From a bacterium (GTDB taxonomy: Bacteria > UBA8248), in NCBI GenBank assembly GCA_965199855.1, contig OZ241326.1, positions 544,001 to 608,000 on the forward strand: a stretch of DNA of 64,000 bases, read 5' to 3'. Within the stretch, counting starts at the first letter, position 1; each line of letters starts with the position of its first letter. This document shows positions 9,980-20,067 of the stretch, piece by piece. Position numbers and translations under genes: made by a program. The notes below the pieces were generated by a model. It was not told where the DNA came from. It did no database searches and was given only the letters and a program-made list of their open reading frames with translations.

Positions 9980-11185
9980 GTGAAGTTTTCCTTCTTCATG
10001 ATGCCGCTTCACCATCCCTCCGAGAATCCCTCGCTCGCCTACCAGCGCGACGTCTCGCTCATCGAATACGCGGACGCGCTCGATTTCGACGAGTTCTACA
10101 TCGGAGAGCACCATTCCGGCGGCTGGGAGACGATTCCCGCCCCGGAGATGGCGCTCGCCATGGCGGCCGCCCGCGCGCAGCGGATTCGTCTGGGCACCTC
10201 GGTGATCAGCCTCCCCTTTCACCACCCGTTTCACGTGGCGGAGCGGATGGCGTTTCTGGATCAGCTCACCCGGGGGCGCGTCATCCTGGGCGTGGGGCCG
10301 AGCAATCTGGCGAGCGACATCAAGCTGTTCGGCGTCCCGCCGGGGGACCTGCGCCCGATGATGCGCGAATCGGTGGACGTCATCGTCAGGCTGCTGGAGG
10401 CGCCCGAGCCGTTCGACTACGAGGGCCGGTTCTGGAAGCTGCGGGACGCGCGCCTCCAGGTGCGCTCCTACCAGAGCCCGAGAATGCCGCTCGCCATCGC
10501 CACGGCGGGAAGCCGGGGCGCGATCGAACTGGCCGCCGAATACGGGATGATTCTGCTCTCCCTGGGCGGCGGGAGAATCGGGGACAACCTCCCGCTCTCC
10601 GAGCAGTGGCCCTACATGGAGGAATGCGCGCGAAAGCGCGGGGCGCGGGTCTCGCGCGAGAACTGGAGAATCGCCACGCATGTGCATCTGGCCGAAAGCC
10701 GGGAGAAGGCCTGGGCTGAGGTCGAGGAAGCCGCCATGCGCGACATGGACTACTTCATGGACATCGGTCTCAAGCCCGCCTACGAGGCGCATCCGGATCA
10801 GCCGCGCTCGGAGATCACGCCGCGGATGGCCGCCGAGCGGCGCAGCTGGATCGTGGGCACGCCGGACGACGCCATCGAGACGATCGAGAAAATCCGGGAG
10901 GAGACGGGCGGCTTCGGCGGCCTCATGCTGACGACGCACGAATGGGCGGGCGATCAGAAGATCAGGGCGTCCCTCGAGTTGTTCGCCCGATACGTGATGC
11001 CGCACTTCAGAGGGCACACGCGGGATTTGAAGGCGGAATGGGGCAGGCTCCGGAAGGACGCGGCGGAGGGGAAGCTGCCCCCGCAGGGAGGGACGCCCTC
11101 CTGGGAGGCGCCCGGGTGGGAAGGACACAGGAGCAGTCTGTTCACCTATCCGCCCGAGCCCGGGGATTTCCCCAGGACGGATTAG
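9980..11185 (+). CDS. LLM-class flavin-dependent monooxygenase
   Basis: FFMMPLHHP, IGEHH, IRLGTSVISLPFHHP, LDQLTRGR; GTG start after GGGGAG. Confidence 0.88.
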   Translation: MKFSFFMMPLHHPSENPSLAYQRDVSLIEYADALDFDEFYIGEHHSGGWETIPAPEMALAMAAARAQRIRLGTSVISLPFHHPFHVAERMAFLDQLTRGRVILGVGPSNLASDIKLFGVPPGDLRPMMRESVDVIVRLLEAPEPFDYEGRFWKLRDARLQVRSYQSPRMPLAIATAGSRGAIELAAEYGMILLSLGGGRIGDNLPLSEQWPYMEECARKRGARVSRENWRIATHVHLAESREKAWAEVEEAAMRDMDYFMDIGLKPAYEAHPDQPRSEITPRMAAERRSWIVGTPDDAIETIEKIREETGGFGGLMLTTHEWAGDQKIRASLELFARYVMPHFRGHTRDLKAEWGRLRKDAAEGKLPPQGGTPSWEAPGWEGHRSSLFTYPPEPGDFPRTD

Positions 11186-11289
11186 GGCGGAGCGGGAGGC
11201 GGCCGCCCCGCGCCGGATGTGGTATCGTCGAAGCGGACGGGGCGGAGCGGCGCGCCCCTTGAGCCGCGCGAGGATGAGGGCCCCGGAAT

Positions 11290-12201
11290 ATGAGCGTTTC
11301 GTTTTCGGGCGAGGCTGTGGACGCGAAGGACGCCCTGCTCGTCGTGGCGTTCGCCGGATGGAACGACGCGGCGGAGTCCGCGACGATGGCGGCGCGCTAC
11401 CTCGTCCGGCGCTTTCGGGGGAGGCGGGTGGCGAGGATTCAGCCGGATGACTTTTTCCAGTTCTCGGATCACAGGCCCCTCGTCAGGATCGGCGAATCCG
11501 GCGAGCGGCGCATCGCGTGGCCGTCGAACGAGTTTTTCCACTGCCGGACGCCCGCGCGCGACCTGATCGTCGGAGTCGGGGTCGAACCCCACCTGAAATG
11601 GAAGCGCTTCGGCCGCGGCGTGTTGGAGGTAGGGAGTCGCTTCGGCGCGCGGATGATGGTGACGCTGGGCGCGCTGCTGGCGGGCGGACTGCACACCCAG
11701 CCCAGCCATCTGGTGGCCGTCGCCACCGACCCGGCGTTGCTCGCGCCCTCGGGCGTGGAGACGACGCGCTACGAGGGCCCCACGGGAATCGTGGGCGTCA
11801 TCCACGCGCTGATGCAGGACGAGGGGCTTCCCGCCGTGAGCCTGTGGGCGAACGTGCCGCACTACATCGCCTCCCTCTCCAACCCGAAGGCGGCGCGCGC
11901 CCTGCTGGAGAGCCTGGGCGCCGTGGGCGGCTTCGAGGTCTCCCTGGGGGACTTCGACGACGCCATCCGGGCGTTCGACGAGAAGGTGGAGAAGATGGTC
12001 GCCGGGGATCCCCGCATCGCCAAATACGTGGACGACGTTCAGAAGGGCCAGATCCCCGACGAGATTCCGGGGCTGGACTTCGACGACTCCCTCGAGCCGG
12101 AGCCCGACGAGCCGGAGGACTCTCTGCCCCCCGGCGACCAGGTGGCCGACGAGATAGAGCGTCTGATGAGGCGAAGGCCCGGCGGGCCGGAGCCGGATTG
12201 A
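11290..12201 (+). CDS. PAC2 (proteasome assembly chaperone) family protein
   Basis: AFAGWNDAAESA, GVEPHLKW, YEGPTGIVGV, SLWANVPHY. Confidence 0.85.
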   Translation: MSVSFSGEAVDAKDALLVVAFAGWNDAAESATMAARYLVRRFRGRRVARIQPDDFFQFSDHRPLVRIGESGERRIAWPSNEFFHCRTPARDLIVGVGVEPHLKWKRFGRGVLEVGSRFGARMMVTLGALLAGGLHTQPSHLVAVATDPALLAPSGVETTRYEGPTGIVGVIHALMQDEGLPAVSLWANVPHYIASLSNPKAARALLESLGAVGGFEVSLGDFDDAIRAFDEKVEKMVAGDPRIAKYVDDVQKGQIPDEIPGLDFDDSLEPEPDEPEDSLPPGDQVADEIERLMRRRPGGPEPD

Positions 12202-12252
12202 GCCGGCGGCGCGCGCCCGGGAGCGTGAACTTCCCGCAGTCGGAGGCTTCTG

Positions 12253-14583
12253 ATGCCGGAGCGCTTCTACCAGGAGATGTTCGGCGGGCCCGATGACGGC
12301 GGGGACCTCATCGGCGCCGACGTTCCCCGCGTGGACGGCCCCCCCAAGGCGGACGGCTCGCCCGTGTTCTCGGCGGATCACCGGCTGGTCAATCCGCTCT
12401 ACGTCGTTCCCGTCACGGCGCCCGTCGCGTGCGGGACGCTGGAGCGCATAGACGCGGGGGCGGCGGAGAGGGCGCCGGGCGTCGCCTGCGTGCTGACCGC
12501 GAAGGACATTCCCGGCCGGAAGGTTTACGGGATGCTGGTCGCGGATCAGCCGGCGCTCGTGGAGGAGCGCATCTACTCGCTTCAGGACGTCGTGGCGATC
12601 GTGGCGGCGGAGACGCCGGAGCAGGCGGAGTTCGCCGCCGGGCTGGTGAAGATGAAGGCGAAGGCGCTTCCCGCCGTGTTCGACGCGCTGGACGCCCTGA
12701 AGGAGGACGCCCCCCTCGTCCGGCCCGGGCATCCGATGGCCAAGGGCAACGTGCTGACCCACCTGAAGATTCGCAAGGGCGACGTGGAGGAGGGCTTCGC
12801 CCGGGCGGCCGTGGTCCTGGAAAACACCTATGAAACCCAGTTCATCGACCACGCCTACCTGGAGCCCGACGCGGGCTACGTGGTTCCCAACCCCGACGGC
12901 TCCATCACCTGCACGGGGCCTACCCAGTGCCCGCACATGGTGCGGCGCGTCATCGCTCCGGTGCTGGGGCTGGGGCAGAACGAGATTCGGTTCCTCTCCA
13001 CGCCGCCCGGCGGCGGCTTCGGCGGCAAGGAGGAGACCTCCATCGAAATCGCCATGCGGGCGGGCCTGGTCGCGCTCAGGACGCGCCGCCCCGCCATCTA
13101 CAACTACGCGCGGGAGGAGTCCCTCGGCGGCAAGGCGAAGCGCGTGCCCGCGGTGATTCGCCACAAAATCGGCGCCAGAAAAGACGGGACGATCACCGCC
13201 ATGCGCGTCCACGTCTATCTGAACAAGGGCCCCTACGCGGCGGTGGGCCCCGGCATCATCAAGAAGCTCATCATCCACTCCTCGGGCGCGTATGAGTGCG
13301 AAAACGTCTGGGCCGACGGCTATCTCGTGCTCACGAACAACATCAACACGTGCGCCATGCGCGGGCTGGGCGTTCCCCAGGTGCATTTCGCGATCGAGAG
13401 CCAGATAGACGAGCTGGCGCGCGCGCTGGAGATGGACCCCTTCGGGCTGAGGCGGCTGAACGGCTACCGGCCCGGCTCCTCCACCGCGACCCGCCAGGTG
13501 CTGGATCAGAGCGTGGGCTACATGGAGTGCCTCGACAGGGCGGAGGAGGCGCTCGGGCCGCATCCCCGGGAGGAGGCGAACGGCGACGGGCTTTTGCGCG
13601 GGCGCGGCGTGGCGGGGTTCTGGTATTCCACGGGCGCGGCGGCGCCCTCGGATTCGTGCGGCGCCCAGGTTCACGTCACCGACGACGGGAAGGTGCAGGT
13701 GGGCGTCGGCATCATCGAGCTCGGGCAGGGCGCGCACACCGTTCTCGCCCAGATAGCGGCGGAGGCCATGGGCGTGCGCTTCGAGGACGTGCGCGTCATG
13801 CAGGTGGACACCGACGCCGTTCCCGAGAGCGGCTTCACGGCGGGCTCGCGCTCCACCACGATTCCCGGCAACGCGATATGCGAGGCCGTCGCGGAGGTGC
13901 GGGGCGTCCTGGCGCCCGTGGCGGCGGAGATGCTCGAAGGCGCCGCGGAGGACGTGGCCTTCAGAAACGGCGGCGTCTTCATCAAGAGCGCGCCCGAGCG
14001 CTCGCTCTCCTTCGCCGCGGTGGTCTCCCAGGCGCTTCTGATGGGCAGGCGGATTACCGGCCAGGGCTGGTTCTCGACGGGGCCCCTGACGTTCGACCCC
14101 GAAACCGGCGAGGGCAGGCCGTTCATGGTCTATAGCTACGGCGTCCAGGTGGCGGACGTGGCGGTCGATCCCGCGACCGGAGAGGTCTGGGTGAAGCGCA
14201 TGGTCGCGGCCCACGACGTGGGGCGCGCCATCAACCCCCAGGGGGTGACGGGGCAGATAGAAGGGGGCATCGAGATGGGCATCGGACAGGCGCTGATCGA
14301 GGAGGTCGAAGTCCGCGAGGGCCGCGTGCTCACGCCCGATCTGGCGCGATACGAGATTCCCGTCTCGATGGACACGCCGGAGTTCACCACCATCATCGTG
14401 GAGGCGGCCAACGAGACCGGCCCCTACGGCGCCAAGGGCGTAGGGGAAAGCGCCCTGGTTCCCACCCTCGCCGCCGTCTCCAACGCCGTGCGCGACGCCG
14501 TGGGCCATCGCTTCACCCGGCTGCCCATCACGCCGGAGAGCGTCGCCATGGCGGTTCGCGGGGAAGCCGCCGGCGCCGCTTGA
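12253..14583 (+). CDS. Xanthine dehydrogenase family molybdopterin-binding subunit
   Basis: HAYLEP, GGGFGGK, AMRGLG.PQ, ELGQG, GQIEGG, GAKGVGE. Confidence 0.92.
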   Translation: MPERFYQEMFGGPDDGGDLIGADVPRVDGPPKADGSPVFSADHRLVNPLYVVPVTAPVACGTLERIDAGAAERAPGVACVLTAKDIPGRKVYGMLVADQPALVEERIYSLQDVVAIVAAETPEQAEFAAGLVKMKAKALPAVFDALDALKEDAPLVRPGHPMAKGNVLTHLKIRKGDVEEGFARAAVVLENTYETQFIDHAYLEPDAGYVVPNPDGSITCTGPTQCPHMVRRVIAPVLGLGQNEIRFLSTPPGGGFGGKEETSIEIAMRAGLVALRTRRPAIYNYAREESLGGKAKRVPAVIRHKIGARKDGTITAMRVHVYLNKGPYAAVGPGIIKKLIIHSSGAYECENVWADGYLVLTNNINTCAMRGLGVPQVHFAIESQIDELARALEMDPFGLRRLNGYRPGSSTATRQVLDQSVGYMECLDRAEEALGPHPREEANGDGLLRGRGVAGFWYSTGAAAPSDSCGAQVHVTDDGKVQVGVGIIELGQGAHTVLAQIAAEAMGVRFEDVRVMQVDTDAVPESGFTAGSRSTTIPGNAICEAVAEVRGVLAPVAAEMLEGAAEDVAFRNGGVFIKSAPERSLSFAAVVSQALLMGRRITGQGWFSTGPLTFDPETGEGRPFMVYSYGVQVADVAVDPATGEVWVKRMVAAHDVGRAINPQGVTGQIEGGIEMGIGQALIEEVEVREGRVLTPDLARYEIPVSMDTPEFTTIIVEAANETGPYGAKGVGESALVPTLAAVSNAVRDAVGHRFTRLPITPESVAMAVRGEAAGAA

Positions 14584-14667
14584 GCCTTCCGGAGCGCCAG
14601 ACGGGCCGGGCGGCGCGCGCGCCCGGCTTCGCCTTCTCTCCGGCGGCGGGGCGGGAATGAGGGCGCG

Positions 14668-15735
14668 ATGCGCGCGTTCGTGATGGCGGCGGGCTACGGC
14701 AGGAGGCTCGGCGGGCTGGGCGAGGAGGTTCCGAAGCCGCTTCTGCCCCTGGGCGGCGCGCCGCTCATCGACTTCGCCCTGGCGAAGCTGGCGGCCGTCG
14801 GCGCGCGGGAGGCGGCCGTCAACCTGCATCACGGCGCGGAGAGGATTCGCTCCGCCGTGGGCGATCGCGCGCGCGGGGTGGACGTTCGCTATTTCCACGA
14901 GCCGGAAATTCTGGGCACCGCCGGCGGGCTCAAGAACGCGGAATCGTTCCTGCGCGGGGTGGACGAGCCTTTTTTCGTCCTGAACGCGGACGCGCCGTGC
15001 GGCGCCGATCTCGAAGCGGCGCTCGGGCATCATCGGGAAGGCGGCTTTCTCGCCACGCTCATTCTCCGGGAATCGCCGGAGGCGCGCGAATACGGCGAGC
15101 TCGCCTTCGACGAGGCGGGACGCCTGCGGAGGTTTCTCGGCGCGCGCGCGCCGGGCGCCCCGCGGGGGGAATCGCGCGCGGCCATGTTCACCGGCCTGAG
15201 CGTCATGTCCCCCGAAATGCTGGATCACGTTCCCGCGGGCGCCGCTTCGGATATTTCCAAGGAAATCTACCCGCGCCTGCTGGAGAGCGGCGCGCGCCTC
15301 GGAGCGGTTTCTACCCGCGCCTACTGGATCGACGCGGGCGCGCCCTCCCGGTATCTGCGGGCGAACGCGGACGTCCTCTCGGGCGCGTTCACGCCGGATT
15401 TCGTCTGGCCGCCCGAGGGCTTCGTGCTGATCGAAGGCCCCCCGGTGGAATGGGGAGAGGGCTGGATCGATCCGCCCGCGCTGACGGCGCCCGACGCCTC
15501 GCTCGGGCGGGGCGCCAGGGCGGGGCCCTTCACCGTCCTCATGGAGGGTGCTACGCTTGAAGGGGGCGCCGCCGCGCGGGAAACCGTCGTCTTTCCGGGC
15601 GGCGCCGTCGGCGCGGGCTCCACGCTGGAGCGGTGCGTCGTCGGGCCCGGCGCCCGGGCGCCGGCGGGGGGCGCGGCCGTCCGCCGGACGGTTTTTCTGA
15701 GCGGCGGGCGGGGCCCGGAGAGCTTCGCCGCGTGA
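14668..15735 (+). CDS. NDP-sugar pyrophosphorylase / nucleotidyltransferase family
   Basis: MAAGYGRRL...PKPL, EPEILGTAGG, YWIDAG; C-terminal beta-helix-like repeats. Confidence 0.85.
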   Translation: MRAFVMAAGYGRRLGGLGEEVPKPLLPLGGAPLIDFALAKLAAVGAREAAVNLHHGAERIRSAVGDRARGVDVRYFHEPEILGTAGGLKNAESFLRGVDEPFFVLNADAPCGADLEAALGHHREGGFLATLILRESPEAREYGELAFDEAGRLRRFLGARAPGAPRGESRAAMFTGLSVMSPEMLDHVPAGAASDISKEIYPRLLESGARLGAVSTRAYWIDAGAPSRYLRANADVLSGAFTPDFVWPPEGFVLIEGPPVEWGEGWIDPPALTAPDASLGRGARAGPFTVLMEGATLEGGAAARETVVFPGGAVGAGSTLERCVVGPGARAPAGGAAVRRTVFLSGGRGPESFAA

Positions 15736-15788
15736 GTCGATGAAGCCCCGCGCCTCATCGGAAGAGCGAGCCGCTGAAGGAGCCGGCC

Positions 15789-17381
15789 ATGAAGACGCCT
15801 CTCGCCGCCGGGCGCTCCCCCGTGTTCGCCGCCGGCGGCATGGTGGCGACCAGCCAGCCCCTCGCCGCCGGGGCGGGCCTCCACGTTCTGAGAGAGGGCG
15901 GAAACGCGGTGGACGCGGCCATCGCCGCCGCCGCCGCCCTGAACGTGGTGGAGCCGCAGTCCACGGGGATGGGCGGGGACATGTTCATGCTCTGCTGGGA
16001 CGCCGGCGAGAGGAAGCTCCTCGGCCTGAACGGTAGCGGAAGGAGCCCGGCCAAGGCCGCCCCGTCGCGCTACCGGGAGTTCTCCTCCATGCCGGAGGCG
16101 GGGATTCTCTCCTGCACCCTGCCCGGCGCGGTGGACGGCTGGTTCGCCGCCCTCGAGCGGTGCGGCGGGGGGCGGATGGACATGGCGGCGCTTCTCGCGC
16201 CGGCGATTCGATACGCGGAGGAGGGCTTCCCCGTCTCTCCCGTCATCGGGCGGGCGTGGGCGAACCAGACGGAGAAGCTGAAGGCGTGCGAATACTCGCG
16301 CCGGACCTACCTGCCCGCCGGCCGCGCGCCCCGGATTGGGGAGAAATTCCGCAACCCGAGGCTGGCCGCGTCGCTCAGGGCGATAGCCGAGGGCGGCCGC
16401 GAGGCCTTCTACGAGGGCCCGATAGCGCGGGAGATCGTCCGCCACGCGAAGGCGCTCGGCGGCCTGTTCGAGCTGGAGGACTTCGCCGCCGTGAAGTGCG
16501 CGTGGACGGAGCCGGTTCGCGCGAGCTACCGCGGCTTCGAGCTTTGCGAGATGCCGCCTCCGGGGCAGGGCGTCGCCGCGCTGATGTGCCTGAACCTTCT
16601 GGAGGCGTATCCCCTGGCGGAGATGGGCCGGGGCTCGGCCGACCATCTCCACGTCATGATCGAGGCGATGAAGCTCGCCTTCGCCGACAGGGATCGCCAC
16701 GTGGCGGACGCGGAGAAGGCGGAAGTCCCCCTGAAGGGGCTTTTGTCCCGCGAATACGCGGCGGAGCGGCGGGCGCTCATCGACGGGAAGAAGGCGGGGT
16801 CGCCCGGCGCCGGAAGCCCCCGGGCCTGGAGCGACACGGTGTATCTCGCGACGGCGGACGCCCGGGGCGGCATGTGCTCGTTCATCAACAGCCTGTTCCA
16901 TCATTTCGGCTCGGGCGTCACCGGGGGCGAGACGGGAATCGTGCTTCAGAACAGGGGCAGCGGCTTCGTTCTGGAGGAGGGCCACCCGAACTGCGTCGCG
17001 CCGGAGAAGCGGCCCCTGCACACCATCATCCCCGGCTTCGTGATGCGGGAGGGCGAGCCCTGGATGAGCTTCGGCGTCATGGGGGGCGACATGCAGCCCC
17101 AGGGCCACGCGCAGGTTCTCTCGAACATGGTGGATTTCGGCATGGACGTTCAGGAGGCCATCGACGCGCCCCGCTTCCGCGTTCTGGGCGGCCTGGAGGT
17201 GGCCATAGAGCGCGGGGCTTCCGAGGACGCGCTTCGGACGCTCGAGTCGCGCGGCCACGCCGTCCGCCGCGCCGGGGGCTACGAGGGCTTCGGCGGAGGG
17301 CAGGGAATCGTCCGGCTCGACGACGGCGTGTTCATGGGCGGCTCCGACCACCGACGGGACGGATGCGCCGTCGGCTTCTAG
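15789..17381 (+). CDS. ggt: Gamma-glutamyltransferase
   Basis: GGNAVDAAIA, GMGGD, DTVYL (Thr nucleophile), KRPLHTIIP, GVMGG, DHRRDG. Confidence 0.92.
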   Translation: MKTPLAAGRSPVFAAGGMVATSQPLAAGAGLHVLREGGNAVDAAIAAAAALNVVEPQSTGMGGDMFMLCWDAGERKLLGLNGSGRSPAKAAPSRYREFSSMPEAGILSCTLPGAVDGWFAALERCGGGRMDMAALLAPAIRYAEEGFPVSPVIGRAWANQTEKLKACEYSRRTYLPAGRAPRIGEKFRNPRLAASLRAIAEGGREAFYEGPIAREIVRHAKALGGLFELEDFAAVKCAWTEPVRASYRGFELCEMPPPGQGVAALMCLNLLEAYPLAEMGRGSADHLHVMIEAMKLAFADRDRHVADAEKAEVPLKGLLSREYAAERRALIDGKKAGSPGAGSPRAWSDTVYLATADARGGMCSFINSLFHHFGSGVTGGETGIVLQNRGSGFVLEEGHPNCVAPEKRPLHTIIPGFVMREGEPWMSFGVMGGDMQPQGHAQVLSNMVDFGMDVQEAIDAPRFRVLGGLEVAIERGASEDALRTLESRGHAVRRAGGYEGFGGGQGIVRLDDGVFMGGSDHRRDGCAVGF

Positions 17382-17437
17382 GTGCTCGGGGCGCTCGCCC
17401 CGAAGCGGAGTCCGGCGGCGGCGGGAGGCTTTTCGCC

Positions 17438-18298
17438 ATGCGGCTTCCGGCGGCGATTCTGGCGGCGGCGCTTTGCCTGGCCGCCGGACCCGCGGCGGGG
17501 GCGTCCGGCTGTCCTGGCGAGGGCCGCCCCATGAGCGGCGGCGGCTGGACGCGCCGAGGCTCCCCCCCGATCGAGACGCGAAACGTCCGGCTCCTCTTCG
17601 GGGACGGGATGATCGCGCGCATGACGGCGGTGCGCCTGCGGCATCGGGATTTCCGCGTTCGCCTGCGCTGGCGGGAGAAGTCGGAGCGGCTCTCCCCGGT
17701 CGATCTGGGCGGCCTCGGCAGGCGGCTGGGCGCGGCCGTCGTGCTGAACGCGGGCTATTACGGCGCCGGCGGAAGGCCCCTGGGGTATTTCCGCTCGGGG
17801 GGGCGCGTGTTCAACGCCCGCGTGCTGTATCGGGGGCGGCGCATCGCCCTGCACTTCGGCGCGCTGTTCACGGTCGCGCGGGAGGACGGCGCGCCGGCCA
17901 TCGTCTCCCGCGGGCGGTTCCGGGAGGCGGACGCCGCCGAGGCGCTTCAGGCGGGCCCCCTCCTCGTGAAGGACGGCGCGCCCGTCCCGGGGCTGGCCCG
18001 CTACCGCGAATACGCGCGCCCCGCGCGCAGGACGCTGCTCGCCCTCGACGCGCGCGGGAGGCTCCTCGTCCTGGTGAGCGAGAGCGAGACGCGCGGCGTC
18101 TCCTGGTGCGAGCTTCAGAAATACCTCCTCCTGCCCGAATCGAGGGGCGGCCCCGGCGTCCGCGACGCCATGAACCTGGACGGCGGCGCGAGCTCGCAGC
18201 TCTGGGCGCGCGCCGGGGGGAGGGAGATCCTCATTCCGGGCCGGCCCGTCCCCGCCTTCGTCGTGATCGCCCCGAGAAGGGCGGGCGCGTCTCCTTAG
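17438..18298 (+). CDS. Phosphodiester glycosidase (DUF2233/NAGPA-like) family exported protein
   Basis: Signal peptide, LNAGYY, QAGPLLV, RRTLL, AMNLDGGASS; ATG 17438 after GGGAGG. Confidence 0.8.
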   Translation: MRLPAAILAAALCLAAGPAAGASGCPGEGRPMSGGGWTRRGSPPIETRNVRLLFGDGMIARMTAVRLRHRDFRVRLRWREKSERLSPVDLGGLGRRLGAAVVLNAGYYGAGGRPLGYFRSGGRVFNARVLYRGRRIALHFGALFTVAREDGAPAIVSRGRFREADAAEALQAGPLLVKDGAPVPGLARYREYARPARRTLLALDARGRLLVLVSESETRGVSWCELQKYLLLPESRGGPGVRDAMNLDGGASSQLWARAGGREILIPGRPVPAFVVIAPRRAGASP

Positions 18299-18383
18299 TC
18301 CGCCCCGGAAAACCGGCCTCCCGGCCTCGCAGGTGAAGCGCGAGAGCGCCTCCATTCATGCGTCCCGCCTCGCTTCGCGGCCG

Positions 18384-18642
18384 CGGGCGGTTCGAGAATT
18401 GTGGGGCGGCCTTGGGGAGGGGTCGCCCCTGCGGGGTCCGCGGCGGGGTTTCTTGGGGCGCCCGGAAGGGTTTCCGTCCGCCGCGAAAGCGATGGATGCG
18501 CTTTTGCCAATTTCGACAAAATCAGACAAATTCAAGGCCGATACAGACAAATACGCAGCTATTTCCCGTCCTTTTTCGACCCTTTTGAGACCCCTTTGAG
18601 CATCCCGCCCGCCCCCCGGTTCGCCCGCTTCCCTCCCCCCGT
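18384..18642 (-). repeat. Modular non-coding repeat, copy 1 (inverted relative to copy at 33.5-33.7 kb)
   Basis: 18384-18433 revcomp matches 33665-33714 at 45/50; 18511-18534 revcomp matches 33587-33610 at 23/24; gapped similarity extends to ~18602, and 18611-18642 resembles 62627-62660. Confidence 0.85.
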
Positions 18643-18697
18643 GGGCGCACTTCCGCCGCATCGGGAATATACCCCGGCCCGGCGCCATCGCCGCCTC

Positions 18698-18727
18698 GCA
18701 AATGCGGGCAGTTGCGGGCAAACGCGC
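18698..18727 (+). repeat. 3 x 10-bp tandem GCARATGCGG-type repeat
   Basis: GCAAATGCGG GCAGTTGCGG GCAAACGCGC; same unit at 33422, 33910, 36432. Confidence 0.7.
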
Positions 18728-19007
18728 GCGCGGTGCCTCCGTGGGGCGTGTCGGCGGCTGGATTCTCGGGGAATGCGCCCGTTTCCGGGCCCCGCCCGCC
18801 GCCCGGCGGGAGGGCGTGGGGGCGGTTCGGGAGCCGTCCGTTTCCGGAGCGACGGCCGAACGGCGGGAGGGATGAGGCCGGGGGGGTGGATTCCGGCGCG
18901 AAAATGAGCGATAATACGCTTTCTCGATCCAGGATTCGTTCTTTCGTTTTCGGGATTCGCATGAGGCGAGAGGCATGTCTTTTCACTATCCAGGGAGGTT
19001 CACGCAG

Positions 19008-19973
19008 ATGAAAACGCATCGCATCCTGTGGCTCGCGCTGGCGGCCGTTCTTTTCGCTTCGCTCCCGCTCGGGCGCGCGTCGGCCGCCTGGCCCGAGAAG
19101 CCGATTCAGTTCATCATTCCCTTCGGCGCCGGCGGCGGCGCGGACATCGAGGGGCGCCTGCTCGCCAAGGAGATGGCGAAGGTGCTCGGCGTTCCCATGG
19201 TGGCCATCAACAAGCCGGGCGCGGGCGGGGCCGTGACCTACACCTTCGTGAAGAATTCCAAGCCCGACGGCTACACGGTGGCCTGGAACTCCACCTCCAT
19301 CCTCACCTCCACGAACATCGGGAACGTGCCGTGGGACTACCACGCCCTCGATCACATCGGGCGGGTGCACTTCCAGCCCCTGGTCGTGGCGGTGAACGCC
19401 AAGTCGAAGTGGCGGACGGCGAAGGATTTCGTGAGCGACTGCAAGAAAAAGCCCGGCACGCTCAAGATCGGCCACGCGGGCACCGGCAGCACCACCCATC
19501 TGACCGCCGTCATCTTCACGAAAATGACGGGCTGCAAGGCCATCCTCATTCCCCTGGGCGTCAAGCGGCGCAACGCCGCGCTTCTGAGCGGCGAGGTGGA
19601 CGCCATGGGCGCGCCCCTGACGGGAGCGGTGCGGCTCTGGAAGGCGAAGAAGTTCCGCATCCTCACGCACCTCACGGGCGAGCGCAACAAGACGATAGCG
19701 AGCGTGCCGACCATGAAGGAGCTCGGCTACGACATCTCCTTCGATCATTTCCGCGGCCTCAGCGTCCCCAAGGGAACGCCCGCCGCGGTGAAGGCGAAGC
19801 TCGTGGACGCCATGGTGAAGGCGGCGCGCTCGAAGTCCTTTCTGAAGCTGGCCGGGACCAAGGGATTCACGGTGGACCCGAGCGGGCCGGAGGATTTCGG
19901 CAAGATGCTCGCCAAGCGCGACAAGATCGTCGCGGACATCATGAAGGCTTCGGGCATCTACCGCTCCAAGTAG
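19008..19973 (+). CDS. tctC: Tripartite tricarboxylate transporter substrate-binding protein
   Basis: Signal peptide, WPEKPIQFIIPFGAGGGAD, NKPGAGG, KPDGYT. Confidence 0.9.
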   Translation: MKTHRILWLALAAVLFASLPLGRASAAWPEKPIQFIIPFGAGGGADIEGRLLAKEMAKVLGVPMVAINKPGAGGAVTYTFVKNSKPDGYTVAWNSTSILTSTNIGNVPWDYHALDHIGRVHFQPLVVAVNAKSKWRTAKDFVSDCKKKPGTLKIGHAGTGSTTHLTAVIFTKMTGCKAILIPLGVKRRNAALLSGEVDAMGAPLTGAVRLWKAKKFRILTHLTGERNKTIASVPTMKELGYDISFDHFRGLSVPKGTPAAVKAKLVDAMVKAARSKSFLKLAGTKGFTVDPSGPEDFGKMLAKRDKIVADIMKASGIYRSK

Positions 19974-20067
19974 CGGCCGCGCGCGCATGAGGGCCGCCTC
20001 CCTCTCCCGCGAGGGGGCGGCCCTCGCTTTTCCTGCGGGCTTTCTCTCTCCGGGACGGGTCATTCCC

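Noticed and set aside
11182-15228. 1348-aa minus-strand ORF (and similar long ORFs such as 4368..6485, 15321..17351, 28778..31801, 48291..51494)
   Set aside because: Antisense or off-frame shadows of well-supported genes; Arg/Pro/Ala-rich with no motifs, as expected at high GC.
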